DNA of 64,000 nucleotides from Bacteroidales bacterium (GCA_017461665.1 JAFTXI010000046.1:3419-67418), one strand, 5' to 3'. Positions 10,046 through 21,082 are shown, numbered from the stretch's first letter. Numbers and translations: made by a program. The notes: generated by a model from the sequence alone, not told the origin.

Positions 10046-11752
10046 TTAACGTACAAGAATAGTCGAAAATTCTTTTATATTGCCAACCATATCAGTAATA
10101 ATGATTTTTATATTATTACGTCCTGCTTTTATATGATTGTCAATTTGATAAATAAGCAATTTATTCTTTGCATCATAATCTGCAAGAACCCATTCTTCAT
10201 TGACATACATCTCATATTTCATAATGCCACTTCCCTCGTCGTCAATCTCAACTCTCAATGACCAATTGTCAGCAATGGAAGAATTACTCTTGAAGTTGAT
10301 TGGTTTTATTGTTGGTGCAACTGAATCTTTTGCAATAAAATACGTGCTTAAAACATTCGTCTTGGCTTCAAGATAATTATCAACGATTTTGTTTCCTAAA
10401 AAGATACAATCTCCTTTTTTGTTTCTATATGCGACATACAAAGAACTATCACCGATATACTCTTCTTTTGGCATCAAACGAACAGTAATTCTTTTATGCA
10501 ATGGTATTTCCTCGTTTCCAAGTTGATACGCAAAATTTGAAAAAATATCTTTTATAGTGTCTATCTGTGACGCCCTGATTGCAACATCTTTGTAGAACGA
10601 ATATTCGGGAATTATACATTCAAAGCCATCTAAATAAATCTCAGAGGATTCGCCATCGTAGATGCGATAATATGATCGTGGCAAACTTGGTTTCTCTTCA
10701 AATTCTGGCAAATTGCTACCAATAAGAGTGAAACGTAAAACTGATTTATTGTTGTTATAATCTTTAACTACATACTTCATTTTCAGAGTGTCACCTTCAT
10801 TAACTCTAATGACGCCATCTCTTTTTTCATAAAGTTTAAGTTCATTAAACTCGTCAACTTCTGTTCTGATAAAACGTTCATTTTCTTTGATATAATGAGA
10901 ATAGTCAATCAAACTGTTGATATATCGAGTCTCATCGTAGGAATATTTGTCAGAGATGATTTTAAATAGGAGTTTATCATCAGCGTATAGTTCGATACTA
11001 TAAACTCCGTTCTTGTTGTAAGAGCCATTAGCCTGATCGTATGTATTAATTCCAAAAGCAATATCTCCATTGGCAGCAAATACCGATTTCTCCAAAAAAT
11101 ACTTGTTATCTCTATTGAGAACTTTTACGTAAATAGCTGAATCACCATTATTTATAGCAGAATTTTCAAGAGGATAAATTGCCAATCCTTTTATCTGAGG
11201 TTTGATGTCGTCCTTAATTTTTAATCCAAAATATAAAGGATTTACAGGTTCCTGAGTTTTAGTATAACGTATTTCATAGTGAAGATGTGGACCACCGGAA
11301 CTGCCACTGTCGCCTGTAAGTCCGAGATAATCACCTTTCTTTATGGGAAATTGATTTTTCTCCAAAATTATATTTTGAGCAAAGGATTTATCTTCATACT
11401 GTTTAGACTTAACAAAATCATTGATTTTTTTATTGAACTTGGAAAGATGAGCATAGACAGACGTAAATCCATCATTATGTGTGATATAAATCACTTTTCC
11501 ATAACCGAAAGGTGAAACTCCTATCCTACTGACGTAGCCATCGGCAACAGCAAAAACCTCCTTACCTTCAACGCCTTGAGTTTTGATATCAACACCAGCA
11601 TGAAAGGCGTTGCTACGAAGTTCGGCAAATGTGGCTGACAAATATACCGGAATTTTCACAGGATTGGGATATTGTGAAAAATTACTATTCTGTGAAAACG
11701 TAACAATATTTATTAACAATAATAATATCAATAATTTATATCTCATATTCAA
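10046..11752 (-). CDS. M23 family metallopeptidase with a long C-terminal extension
   Basis: Signal peptide. HxxxD (HAGVDIK) and HxH (PHLHYEIR) LytM-type zinc motifs. Confidence 0.85.
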   Translation of the reverse strand: MNMRYKLLILLLLINIVTFSQNSNFSQYPNPVKIPVYLSATFAELRSNAFHAGVDIKTQGVEGKEVFAVADGYVSRIGVSPFGYGKVIYITHNDGFTSVYAHLSKFNKKINDFVKSKQYEDKSFAQNIILEKNQFPIKKGDYLGLTGDSGSSGGPHLHYEIRYTKTQEPVNPLYFGLKIKDDIKPQIKGLAIYPLENSAINNGDSAIYVKVLNRDNKYFLEKSVFAANGDIAFGINTYDQANGSYNKNGVYSIELYADDKLLFKIISDKYSYDETRYINSLIDYSHYIKENERFIRTEVDEFNELKLYEKRDGVIRVNEGDTLKMKYVVKDYNNNKSVLRFTLIGSNLPEFEEKPSLPRSYYRIYDGESSEIYLDGFECIIPEYSFYKDVAIRASQIDTIKDIFSNFAYQLGNEEIPLHKRITVRLMPKEEYIGDSSLYVAYRNKKGDCIFLGNKIVDNYLEAKTNVLSTYFIAKDSVAPTIKPINFKSNSSIADNWSLRVEIDDEGSGIMKYEMYVNEEWVLADYDAKNKLLIYQIDNHIKAGRNNIKIIITDMVGNIKEFSTILVR

Positions 11753-11855
11753 TATTTTTATTTAGGTTCACAAAGTTAAGAAAATCCTTCTTTATTCAGT
11801 CGAATATCTAATAATTTATATGTCATATTTTAAAGAAATCTTTGAACATTTTTCT

Positions 11856-11863
11856 TATTTTTG
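11856..11863 (+). promoter_or_regulatory. -7 promoter motif (tatttttg)
   Basis: TAnnTTTG lies inside the track ORF, 15 nt before the ATG at 11878. This argues for the shorter CDS. Confidence 0.4.
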
Positions 11864-11877
11864 CAAAAAAAGCAAAC

Positions 11878-13812
11878 ATGATTAAGTTGATGAAAGAAAA
11901 TGAAATTGCATTTTGGAAACTGATGATTATCAGATTGGTTTCTATGTTATTTCTGCTTTCGTTAAGTAGGACACTGCTTTTTTTCTTCAACATCAACAGT
12001 TTCTCAGACATTGATTTTACCGAATTTTTAAGATTGTTTTACGTTGGACTTCGTTTCGACATAAATACCTTAATAATATTTAACATTCCGTTGATTGTTT
12101 TTTACGGATTACCTTTTAGATTTAAGTATAGCCGAAGATATAAACAAATTACCGATGTTATTTTTGAGATAAGCAATTCAATAGCAATAGCATTAAATCT
12201 TATTGACGTTATTTATTTTAGATATTTGGACAAGAGAATGTGCTCCGAATTGTTTACCTTCTTTGGAGGCACGGATGAAAATCAGTTGGGATTGATGTTT
12301 AGTTTTCTTGCTGATTTTTGGTATATGTTTCTGATTTTCTCTATATTTCTTTTCATAGTTGTCATTATAACAAGAAAGACGCGACTTAAAGAAATTATTT
12401 CTGAACCTAATTCAGGATGGTATGTAAAACAAACTATCTCTTTCATATTGATATTGTTCTTTACTGTAATTGGAATGCGCGGAGGTTTTCAGCTAAAACC
12501 AATCAGTCTCCTCACAGCTGCAAATTATACCACCAAGTATGTTCCTTTGGTAATCAACACGCCTTTCAGCATAATCTATGGTTCCGTCACTGACGGAATA
12601 GACAAGGTGACGTTCTTCGATGATTCAATAATTGATTCTTTATATTGTCCTATTCAAAAAGACTTGAATTACAATCGTTTTGTTAAAGGAAGTGCAAACA
12701 ATCATAATGTCGTTTTAATAATTTTAGAAGGCATAGGACAAGAGATGATGGGATTTTACAACCCTAAATATGAGAGAAGCCTTACGCCATTTTTAGATTC
12801 TTTACTATCTGAAAGTTTGACGTTCAAGGGGATGGCAAACGGACGCCGCTCAATAGAAGCGCTGCCTTCAATATTATCAGGGCTTCCATCCTTGATGGCG
12901 ACAGATTATCCTACTTCAAGATATTCTATCAATAGGCTCGACGGATTCGGTTCTATATTAAAGAATTACGGTTATAAAACAATGTTTTTTCATGGTGGCA
13001 ACAACGGAAGTATGAGTTTCAATACTACTTCTAAGTCAAGCGGTTTCGACGAATATTTTGGTAGAAACGAATACAATAACGACAAAGATTACGATGGAAC
13101 ATGGGGAATTTATGATTTACCTTTCTTACAATTCACGGCAGATAAATTAAGTGAATGTCAGAAACCTTTTGCTGCTGTAATTTACACATTGTCATCACAT
13201 AATCCTTATTCGTTGCCTCAGAATTATAATTTGCCAGATACCACAATAAAAACAGATTTTGAAAAAACCGTGAGATATACCGATGACGCCTTAGCATCTT
13301 TCTTCAAGAAAATATCGAAAGAAAATTGGTTTGAAAACACAATATTTGTCATCACCTCCGATCATAGCAATCCATTGCATTATTTCAACGAATACAAAAA
13401 CTCATATTCGTCGTACAGAATACCGGTAGCTTTTTATGCTCCGGAAGTGTTTGAAAACAAAAGAGTTGATGAAATAGTACAGCAAGTGGATTTGAATGCT
13501 TCAATACTTTCGGCTCTATGTATAAATGAGCCAATATTTACTTTTGGAAGAAATATCTTCGATGGAAAACAAAATCAGTATTTTATAAGTTTCCTTAATA
13601 ATATTTATCAGTACTCTGACGGTAATTATCTCTTGCAAAGTGATGGTAAAAGAACAATTGCCGTTTATGATATAAATAAAGATAATCGTCTGAAAAATAA
13701 TATCTTAGGAGAAGATATTAATATACAGAGCCGACTTGAGCAAGATTTCAAACTAAGGCTTCAGCAATATAACAACAGAATGATTAATAACAAGTTATAT
13801 TTTACAAAATGA
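11878..13812 (+). CDS. LTA synthase family / phosphoglycerol-transferase-like sulfatase-fold membrane protein
   Basis: Five or so N-terminal TM helices are followed by an extracytoplasmic alkaline-phosphatase/sulfatase-fold domain (TSDHSN segment). Confidence 0.8.
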   Translation: MIKLMKENEIAFWKLMIIRLVSMLFLLSLSRTLLFFFNINSFSDIDFTEFLRLFYVGLRFDINTLIIFNIPLIVFYGLPFRFKYSRRYKQITDVIFEISNSIAIALNLIDVIYFRYLDKRMCSELFTFFGGTDENQLGLMFSFLADFWYMFLIFSIFLFIVVIITRKTRLKEIISEPNSGWYVKQTISFILILFFTVIGMRGGFQLKPISLLTAANYTTKYVPLVINTPFSIIYGSVTDGIDKVTFFDDSIIDSLYCPIQKDLNYNRFVKGSANNHNVVLIILEGIGQEMMGFYNPKYERSLTPFLDSLLSESLTFKGMANGRRSIEALPSILSGLPSLMATDYPTSRYSINRLDGFGSILKNYGYKTMFFHGGNNGSMSFNTTSKSSGFDEYFGRNEYNNDKDYDGTWGIYDLPFLQFTADKLSECQKPFAAVIYTLSSHNPYSLPQNYNLPDTTIKTDFEKTVRYTDDALASFFKKISKENWFENTIFVITSDHSNPLHYFNEYKNSYSSYRIPVAFYAPEVFENKRVDEIVQQVDLNASILSALCINEPIFTFGRNIFDGKQNQYFISFLNNIYQYSDGNYLLQSDGKRTIAVYDINKDNRLKNNILGEDINIQSRLEQDFKLRLQQYNNRMINNKLYFTK

Positions 13813-14696
13813 AAAAGAAAATAATTTTTATTGTTAATCCTATCTCAGGACATCATAACAAGAATAATTTTCCTAATCTTGTTGAAAATCACATTGACAA
13901 AAACAAATACGATTATAAGATTGTTTTTACAGAGTATGCAAATCATGCTACCGACTTAGCAATGAAAGCTGTAGATGAAGAATATGATTTTGTAGCTGCT
14001 GTTGGAGGTGACGGTACAATAAACGAGGTTGCAAAATGTTTGATAGGTAAACCGCAGACTCTCGTAATTGTTCCTTACGGTTCAGGTAATGGACTCGCTC
14101 GTCATTTAGAACTTCCATTTAAAGTTGAAAAACTTATTAACGAGGTGATTAACAAAGGTGTTGTTACGAAAATCGATACTGCCACAATGAATGGTGTTCC
14201 TTTTATCAGCATCGCTGGTGTTGGTTTTGACGCACTCATAGCCGACTATTTTGCAAAAGATGAGAACAGAGGTTTCATTACTTACGCAAAACTTATCACT
14301 GAAAAATATCCTAATTTCAAGCCTAAGGAATACACGCTCATCTTAGACGACAATCAAACCATCGAGTGCAAACCCTTCTTTGTGACATTTGCAAATTCAA
14401 GTCAGTTTGGATATAATGCAGAAATTTCTCCTAAAGCCAGCGTGCAAGATGGCTTGATAGATGTGTGTATATTTAAGAAACCCAATATATTGGAAGTTCC
14501 AATCGTTGCTACATATTTTCTCGCTAAGCAGATTGATAAAAGCAATTTCATCGACATATATATGGCAAAAAAGATACAACTTATTAGAAAAAATGATGAA
14601 GTAGTAAATATTGATGGTGAACCTGTTAAAATGGAAAAAAATATAACTATAGAGATTAACCCATTGAGTTTAAATATTTTGTTATCAAGTAAATAA
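13809..14696 (+). CDS. diacylglycerol kinase family lipid kinase (YegS/BmrU type)
   Basis: GGDGT motif (AAVGGDGTINEV) and PYGSGNG loop. The start overlaps the upstream stop as ATGA. Confidence 0.85.
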   Translation: MKKKIIFIVNPISGHHNKNNFPNLVENHIDKNKYDYKIVFTEYANHATDLAMKAVDEEYDFVAAVGGDGTINEVAKCLIGKPQTLVIVPYGSGNGLARHLELPFKVEKLINEVINKGVVTKIDTATMNGVPFISIAGVGFDALIADYFAKDENRGFITYAKLITEKYPNFKPKEYTLILDDNQTIECKPFFVTFANSSQFGYNAEISPKASVQDGLIDVCIFKKPNILEVPIVATYFLAKQIDKSNFIDIYMAKKIQLIRKNDEVVNIDGEPVKMEKNITIEINPLSLNILLSSK

Positions 14697-14703
14697 TAAA
14701 GTC

Positions 14704-15987
14704 ATGTTTGAGAAGTATATATTTTTTTTGAAGAACTTATTAAGTAAAATCGGTGTGACCGGAGGTGTGTCAAATTTCATATCGGAAACAATTAGTTTTG
14801 CGACATTGATATTTGCTTCGATACTTATTTATTATCTTTTGACATTCATCATACGTAAGACAGTTTACGTTTTGATATCAAGGAGCGAGTCACAAAGAGA
14901 CGACATATTGATTAAGAATAAGGTATTCAAGAAATTATGCATGATAATTCCTGCATATATCATAAGAACATTTGCAGCAACGGCATTGCCTTCTTACCCT
15001 ATGTTATCTTCTATAATAGTCATGGTAACAAAGGTTTACGAAGTCTTTGTATATAGTAGGGTCTTAGACGCTATTCTTTCAACCTTGAATGATATTTACG
15101 ATACATACGAGATTTCAAAGAGCAAGCCTATCAAAGGATTTATACAAGTATTGAAGATTATTATCTACATCGTATGCTTCTTGCTGATAATAGCTATATT
15201 AACGCAAAAACAGTTGTCAAACATATTTATCGGATTAGGAACTTTATCGGCTGTTCTGATGTTAGTTTTTAAAGATCCTATCCTTGGTTTCGTTGGTGGA
15301 CTTCAGTTGACAGTCAACGATATGCTTCGTATAGGTGACTGGATAGTGATGGAAAAAAGTAAAGCCGACGGTGAAGTTTTGGAAATTGGATTGACTACTG
15401 TAAAAGTACAAAATTGGGATAAGACGATTACAACAATTCCCACCTATTCTCTCATTTCTGATTCTTTTACCAATTGGAGAGGAATGCAGAACTCTGGAGG
15501 AAGACGTATCGCTCGTTCTTTTGTTATTGATATTGATACAATTAAATTCTGTACTCCAGAAATGCTTGAACGTTACAAGAAGTTTCAGTTGGTGAAACAA
15601 TATATTATTGACAAGGAAAAGGAAATTGAGGAATATAATAAATTAAATAGCATCGATGACTCGAATTTGGTCAATGGAAGAAGACAAACCAACATAGGTA
15701 TTTTCAGAGCATATCTCAATGAATATTTGGCACAGAGTCCATATATAAATAAAGATATGACTTTCATGGTCAGACAGTTGTCACCGACAGAATACGGAAT
15801 TCCATTGCAGATTTACGCTTTCAGTGCAAACAAGGAATGGGTGAAATATGAAAATATCCAAAGTGACATTTTCGATCATGTGTTTGCCGTAGTCACGATG
15901 TTTGACCTAAAGATTTATCAGAAACCATCAAGCAACACTTTAGAAAAGGTCAATAGCAATATTGATATTGAAGTTATGGAGGACTAA
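14704..15987 (+). CDS. mechanosensitive ion channel (MscS family)
   Basis: N-terminal TM helices, then an MscS beta-domain (GDWIVMEKSKADGEVLEIGLTTVKVQNWDKT). Confidence 0.85.
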   Translation: MFEKYIFFLKNLLSKIGVTGGVSNFISETISFATLIFASILIYYLLTFIIRKTVYVLISRSESQRDDILIKNKVFKKLCMIIPAYIIRTFAATALPSYPMLSSIIVMVTKVYEVFVYSRVLDAILSTLNDIYDTYEISKSKPIKGFIQVLKIIIYIVCFLLIIAILTQKQLSNIFIGLGTLSAVLMLVFKDPILGFVGGLQLTVNDMLRIGDWIVMEKSKADGEVLEIGLTTVKVQNWDKTITTIPTYSLISDSFTNWRGMQNSGGRRIARSFVIDIDTIKFCTPEMLERYKKFQLVKQYIIDKEKEIEEYNKLNSIDDSNLVNGRRQTNIGIFRAYLNEYLAQSPYINKDMTFMVRQLSPTEYGIPLQIYAFSANKEWVKYENIQSDIFDHVFAVVTMFDLKIYQKPSSNTLEKVNSNIDIEVMED

Positions 15988-16007
15988 TTTTAAAATATAA
16001 AAAAATG

Positions 16008-16060
16008 AAAACCTGAGAATCTGAAAACAGGTAAGCTAACTTTTAGATTCTCAGGTTTTG
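16008..16060. terminator. bidirectional hairpin terminator between convergent genes
   Basis: Perfect 15-bp stem: aaaacctgagaatct (16008-16022) with agattctcaggtttt (16045-16059). A/T runs flank it on both sides. Confidence 0.7.
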
Positions 16061-16076
16061 TATTTCTCAGGTTCAA

Positions 16077-16769
16077 TTAAGAAAGTCTTTCTATTAGAGC
16101 GTCGCGATAGCTGGCTCCTATCGGAATTTTATTTCCGGCGACAGTCACGTGCGTTTTGTCGATATCCTCGATGTTGTTTATTGAAACTATGAACGATTTA
16201 TGAGTGCGGACGAATTTGTCTCGAGGAAGTGTGTCTTCCAGGTTTTTCAGTGAATATAAAGCTGTTATCCTCTTAGACCTGGTGTGGAAGGTCACATATT
16301 CGTGTTGTCCTTCTATAAAAATCAAGTCGTCAAAATTGACTTTATACAATTTATAATCGGCTTTTACCATGATATAATCGCTGCTGCTCTCAGACGTCGG
16401 TTCAATTGTCTTTGAACTAACTGCTTTATTTATGGCTTGGACAAATCGCGCATAATCAAAAGGTTTCAACAAATAATCAACAACGCCGAGAGAGAAAGCA
16501 TCGACGGCATATTCCGAATAGGCAGTCGTTAAAATTACTGAAGGTTTGTTGTTAATAATTCTTAACATCTCCATTCCGGAAATATCCGGCATCTGTATGT
16601 CAAGCAAAAGAATATCTATCATCTCTCTGTTTAATACTTCCATTGCAGTGGATGCATCTGCACAAGTGTCAATAAGTTGCAAAAAATCAATCTTCGAGAC
16701 GTATTCCGTCAAAAGTTTTCTGGCAAGAAACTCATCATCAACGATGAGAACATTATACTTTCTTTTCAT
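16077..16769 (-). CDS. LytTR/AlgR family response regulator
   Basis: Receiver domain (VDDEFLARK, LLDIQMPDISG, K at LLKPF) plus a C-terminal LytTR DNA-binding domain. Confidence 0.9.
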   Translation of the reverse strand: MKRKYNVLIVDDEFLARKLLTEYVSKIDFLQLIDTCADASTAMEVLNREMIDILLLDIQMPDISGMEMLRIINNKPSVILTTAYSEYAVDAFSLGVVDYLLKPFDYARFVQAINKAVSSKTIEPTSESSSDYIMVKADYKLYKVNFDDLIFIEGQHEYVTFHTRSKRITALYSLKNLEDTLPRDKFVRTHKSFIVSINNIEDIDKTHVTVAGNKIPIGASYRDALIERLS

Positions 16770-17835
16770 TTAACGAATCTCCTATTTTTATTGTAGCCGT
16801 GTAGCAATTATCTTCATGTTTTGTATCGAAAGAAAATCTATCTTCGTAATATAATTCTAAACGTTTTTTAACATTCTTCAGTCCTATTCCTGCTTTTTCT
16901 TTCTTAGAACCATCCACGATAGAGACTGATGTTGATTTTATGGAATTGCGGGCTATGAAAACTAAGTCGTTGTCTTCCTGAATGATATGGAAATGAACAA
17001 ATCCATTCGGGTCGTTGACGATACGACTATGTTTGAAACTATTTTCCACCAAAGGTTGAAGAATCATTGGAGGAATCATAAAGTTGTTATTCTTAATGTT
17101 TTTTTCAAAAATGACATTAGACTTGTTTTCCATGCTCATCTGCTGAAGGTCGAGATATGCGTCAATGTATTTGATTTCTTTATCGAGAGATATTAAATCA
17201 ACTTGACAATCGACTATGACATAACGCAGCATATCTGAAAGTTTAAGTACGCTCTGTGGCGCATTCTCGTCTTTGGTATAAACTAAGGAATATATGTTAT
17301 TCAACGCGTTAAACAAAAAGTGAGGCGTAATCTGCGACTTCAAGAAACGCAGCTCCATATCAAGACGCTCGCTTTTAATTTCATTTTTAATTCGCTGATT
17401 TTCTCTTTCAGCGCGTTGAAGAACAGTGATGACAGAAATTGCCGACGCTGCTGTGAAAAGAACCATCCTTATTAAGAAAGGAAAAATCAGTTCTTTGGCT
17501 CCATCTAACAACGAAATACTGATGGACAAATACTTACTCATGATATTAAACATGATACCTTCTAAATAGGTAGTTATTGCTGACATCAATATTACAAAGA
17601 AAACATTAATGATATAAAATAGAAATATATTCCCTTTTTGAAGGAACTTGACTATATATTTTGATTCAACATCGCTAGCAAACATCAGACAGACAGTGAG
17701 TAACAAGGCGTGCGAGAACGAAACCAACCATCCTGCCCAGAACGACAAGAAGAAAAATAAAAATACAACAACCCAAGCTACGATAACTTTGGATTTTTCC
17801 TTAATAAATCTTAAAAAAATAGAATTATTCTTCAT
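16753..17835 (-). CDS. LytS/YehU-type sensor histidine kinase
   Basis: TM region followed by the His_kinase motif ITPHFLFNALNNI and an HATPase_c region. The start was chosen at 17835 because a TAnnTTTG motif lies just upstream. The 3' end overlaps the regulator gene. Confidence 0.85.
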   Translation of the reverse strand: MKNNSIFLRFIKEKSKVIVAWVVVFLFFFLSFWAGWLVSFSHALLLTVCLMFASDVESKYIVKFLQKGNIFLFYIINVFFVILMSAITTYLEGIMFNIMSKYLSISISLLDGAKELIFPFLIRMVLFTAASAISVITVLQRAERENQRIKNEIKSERLDMELRFLKSQITPHFLFNALNNIYSLVYTKDENAPQSVLKLSDMLRYVIVDCQVDLISLDKEIKYIDAYLDLQQMSMENKSNVIFEKNIKNNNFMIPPMILQPLVENSFKHSRIVNDPNGFVHFHIIQEDNDLVFIARNSIKSTSVSIVDGSKKEKAGIGLKNVKKRLELYYEDRFSFDTKHEDNCYTATIKIGDSLNEKKV

Positions 17836-17850
17836 AGGAAATCTTTTCTG

Positions 17851-17858
17851 CAAAAATA
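17851..17858 (-). promoter_or_regulatory. -7 promoter motif (tatttttg on the minus strand)
   Basis: The reverse complement of caaaaata is tatttttg, 15 nt upstream of the ATG at 17835. Confidence 0.4.
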
Positions 17859-17918
17859 TGACAACAAAATTATCTGATTGTAAAAATTCAATCAAGAATA
17901 GTTAATTCTCAATCAAGA

Positions 17919-19445
17919 TTAATATCTGCTTCCGCGGAACAATCTTATGAAAGTCACCAAGACTGTATAAATCTCAAGACGTCCCACCAACATCAATACC
18001 GACATGACCCATTTGCCCATATTCGACAATTCCGAGAATGACATTGACGGTCCGGTGCTTCCTGTTCCGGGACCGCTGTTACCGAGTGCCGAGATACAAT
18101 TAAACATACTTTCTTGTAAAGTACTTCCGCTGACAATCAATAACAAAACTCCAAAGACAAATATCAAGAAGAAGAGAATCAAGAAGTTGATAGTTCTTCT
18201 CGTAGTATTTTCATTTATGACTTCGTTAGAGACTTTCACTGTAAAAAGAGCGTTGGGGTGAAGCAGTTGACGGAAGATGTTATTGATGGATTTTGTAGTA
18301 ATAACCTCTCTGATGATTTTAATTCCGCCGCTTGTAGATCCGGCACAGGCTCCACTTGCCATCATAATAAAAGTAGGTATCAGGAAAAGACCGCCCCATA
18401 AATCATAATCAAAATTATTTGCCTGATAGCATGTTGAAGTTATTACAGAACTGACGTGGAACAAAGATGTTCTGAGTTTATCTTCAAAACTTTGTGGAAA
18501 AGATTCGATATTTGTAGATACGGTATTCAATTCAGGAGCATAATGAAACATCATAATTATCAATGCTGTGAAAGCTATTACGCTTCCTGTGTACCAACGT
18601 AACTCCTCATTCTCACGGAACAATTTTCCTTGTCCGGTGAACAGAAAATAATATAAGGAGAAGTTTACGCCGGAGGCAAGCATGAAGAATGAAGCTACAT
18701 ATTCTAAGTAAGGTGAGTTGTAATAACCGATACTTGCCTGATGAGTACTGAAACCTCCGCTCGACATTGTCGTCATTCCGTGACAGATAGCGTCGAAAGT
18801 GTTCATTGGTCCGAGTTTGTACATCAGACTGCACAAGGCTGTAAAGATGAAATAGATACATAGGAGCTTACGTGCAGTCATCATCATTTTAGGATGCAAT
18901 TTCTTAATTCCGATGCCAGACATTTCGGCAGAGAACATCATGACTTTGTTTGACTTATGATTCAATGCAGGCATAATTGACAAGAATAACACGATAATAC
19001 CCAGGCCTCCCAACCACTGCATGAGACTTCTCCAGAAGAGAATGCCGTGCGGCTGTTCGTCAATGTTATTCAACACTGTTGAACCTGTTGTCGTGAATCC
19101 TGACATGGCTTCAAAAAAAGCATCTGCAACATTGCTGACGGTTCCATTTAGTAAAAACGGCAACATTCCAAACAAGGCAAAAACAATCCATGTTGCGGTT
19201 ACTATGAAGAAAGAATCCTTTATCTCGAAGTTTTCAATTTCCTCTTTATTGCTTTTTTTTGACTTATTGTTTCTTCCTGCGGAGATAAGTATGAATCCGG
19301 AGATTGCTGTGATGATTGTTGAGACCGTAAGTGCCAGAACATCACCGTCGCCACATTTGTAAAAATAATACAAAGCAACCAACGAAGCCATAAGCATAAA
19401 TAAAGCTTCAAACAACAACAACAAACCGATAATTCTTACTTTCAT
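17919..19445 (-). CDS. trkH: TrkH family potassium uptake protein
   Basis: 508-aa polytopic protein with repeated M1-P-M2 pore motifs (TTTGST, SSGGFS, GSTSGG, SGPGTGS). Confidence 0.9.
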   Translation of the reverse strand: MKVRIIGLLLLFEALFMLMASLVALYYFYKCGDGDVLALTVSTIITAISGFILISAGRNNKSKKSNKEEIENFEIKDSFFIVTATWIVFALFGMLPFLLNGTVSNVADAFFEAMSGFTTTGSTVLNNIDEQPHGILFWRSLMQWLGGLGIIVLFLSIMPALNHKSNKVMMFSAEMSGIGIKKLHPKMMMTARKLLCIYFIFTALCSLMYKLGPMNTFDAICHGMTTMSSGGFSTHQASIGYYNSPYLEYVASFFMLASGVNFSLYYFLFTGQGKLFRENEELRWYTGSVIAFTALIIMMFHYAPELNTVSTNIESFPQSFEDKLRTSLFHVSSVITSTCYQANNFDYDLWGGLFLIPTFIMMASGACAGSTSGGIKIIREVITTKSINNIFRQLLHPNALFTVKVSNEVINENTTRRTINFLILFFLIFVFGVLLLIVSGSTLQESMFNCISALGNSGPGTGSTGPSMSFSELSNMGKWVMSVLMLVGRLEIYTVLVTFIRLFRGSRY

Positions 19446-19731
19446 ATAAAGCTATAACACGTATTATTTTCGTTCGTAAAAGTACAAATTTTTTGTTCAG
19501 AAAAAATATAATTCGTCTTTATTTTTGATGAACCATTTTTAGTATGAAAACATTTAAACAAAAGAAGTTTTTATGTTCATTGAGTCCGGAAATATTTATG
19601 TTGAAACGGAAAATATTTTTGTTGAAATGAGTCGTTTTTTTAACAATTATTTCGATAATATTTCGTTTTTTTGCAGTTAAAAAAATTAGACTCGATTTTT
19701 TAAGAATATCAAACAAATAATTAATTATAAA

Positions 19732-21051
19732 ATGTTAAAATTCAAGTATTTATTATTAGCAGGTATTTTCTGTGTAAGTGGTCTTATTTCTCATGCACAA
19801 GAGAAGATTACCTTAGATGAGGCGATAGAGATTGCGTTATCGGAGAGTAACACAATTAAAATTGCCGACATGACAATCGAGAAAACCGGTTATGCCAAGA
19901 AAGGCGCGTATTCGGCTTTGTATCCAAACATCAGTGCAGCAGGCAATTACCAACGCACCTTAAAGAAACAGGTCATGGTAATGGAAATGGGAGGACAATC
20001 AATGTCGATAGAAGTCGGTACTGATAACAATGTTTCGGCAGGAATTACGGCAGCCATGCCGCTCATCAACGCACAGCTTTGGCAAAGTTTGAAACTTTCT
20101 GCTTTAGACGTGGAGCTGGCGATAGAACAAGCACGTTCATCGAAAATCTCATTGGTTTCTCAAGTTAAACAATCTTTCTACGCAGTATTACTCGCCAAAG
20201 AAGCTTACAATGTTTACAAGGAAGTTTATGACAACGCTCAGAAGAACTTCGAAGACGTTGAGAAAAAGTACAATGTCGGAAAAGCGTCGGAGTTTGATTA
20301 TCTGAGAGCTAAGGTCAATGTCAATAATGCAGAACCGGAAGTGTTTAGTGCAGAAAATGCAGTCGTTTTGGCGATATGGCAACTCAAAGCCATCATGGGC
20401 ATCGATCTAAATACAGAATTAGACGTTGAAGGAGCTTTGTCGGATTACGTCAATGAAGTTGTAGCCGTTGTTCAAGAAACAGATACAATATCTTTTGAAA
20501 ATAATACAAACTTATTGCAGTTAAGATTGCAGGATGAGATGTTGACAAACACCATCAAGATGACCAAATTCCAATATATCCCTACCCTTTCAGCTTCATT
20601 TGCATATAACTACAACGCTATGGGTAACACATTCGACATGAGTTGGAATCCTTATTCTGTAGTTGCTTTGAGTTTGAATGTGCCAATTTTCAGTGGTTTC
20701 TCAAAACGTAACAGCATAAGACAATATCAGAAGTCGCAAGATATTTTGAGACTCAGCATTGAAGACACTGAACGTAACTTGAACATTGCGTTAGGAAACT
20801 ACATCGATAAGATGAATACAAGTGTCAAGAGATATACTGCTGCTGAATCCACTTTAGAGATGGCGCAAAAGAGCTACAATATTTCCGAGAAGATGTACGA
20901 AGTCGGAAAGGCAACTTTGGTTGAACTCAATGACGCACAGCTCGCCTTAACACAGGCACAACTCACGATGAGTCAGGCTATTTTCCAATATATGACAAAC
21001 AAAGCAGCCATCGATGAACTTATGGGTGTTGAATATATTTCAGAAAAATAA
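19732..21051 (+). CDS. TolC family outer membrane efflux protein
   Basis: Signal peptide and two OEP repeats. It is the first gene of the RND operon. Confidence 0.85.
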   Translation: MLKFKYLLLAGIFCVSGLISHAQEKITLDEAIEIALSESNTIKIADMTIEKTGYAKKGAYSALYPNISAAGNYQRTLKKQVMVMEMGGQSMSIEVGTDNNVSAGITAAMPLINAQLWQSLKLSALDVELAIEQARSSKISLVSQVKQSFYAVLLAKEAYNVYKEVYDNAQKNFEDVEKKYNVGKASEFDYLRAKVNVNNAEPEVFSAENAVVLAIWQLKAIMGIDLNTELDVEGALSDYVNEVVAVVQETDTISFENNTNLLQLRLQDEMLTNTIKMTKFQYIPTLSASFAYNYNAMGNTFDMSWNPYSVVALSLNVPIFSGFSKRNSIRQYQKSQDILRLSIEDTERNLNIALGNYIDKMNTSVKRYTAAESTLEMAQKSYNISEKMYEVGKATLVELNDAQLALTQAQLTMSQAIFQYMTNKAAIDELMGVEYISEK

Positions 21052-21082
21052 ACGAGTAATAATTAAAAAAACATAATAAAAA

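Noticed and set aside
10018-10056. Longer rarA start at 10056
   Set aside because: It would overlap the upstream M23 peptidase stop (10046) by 11 nt and add a non-conserved MYVNNIIYIKIDK peptide. The conserved RarA N-terminus begins at the ATG at 10017.
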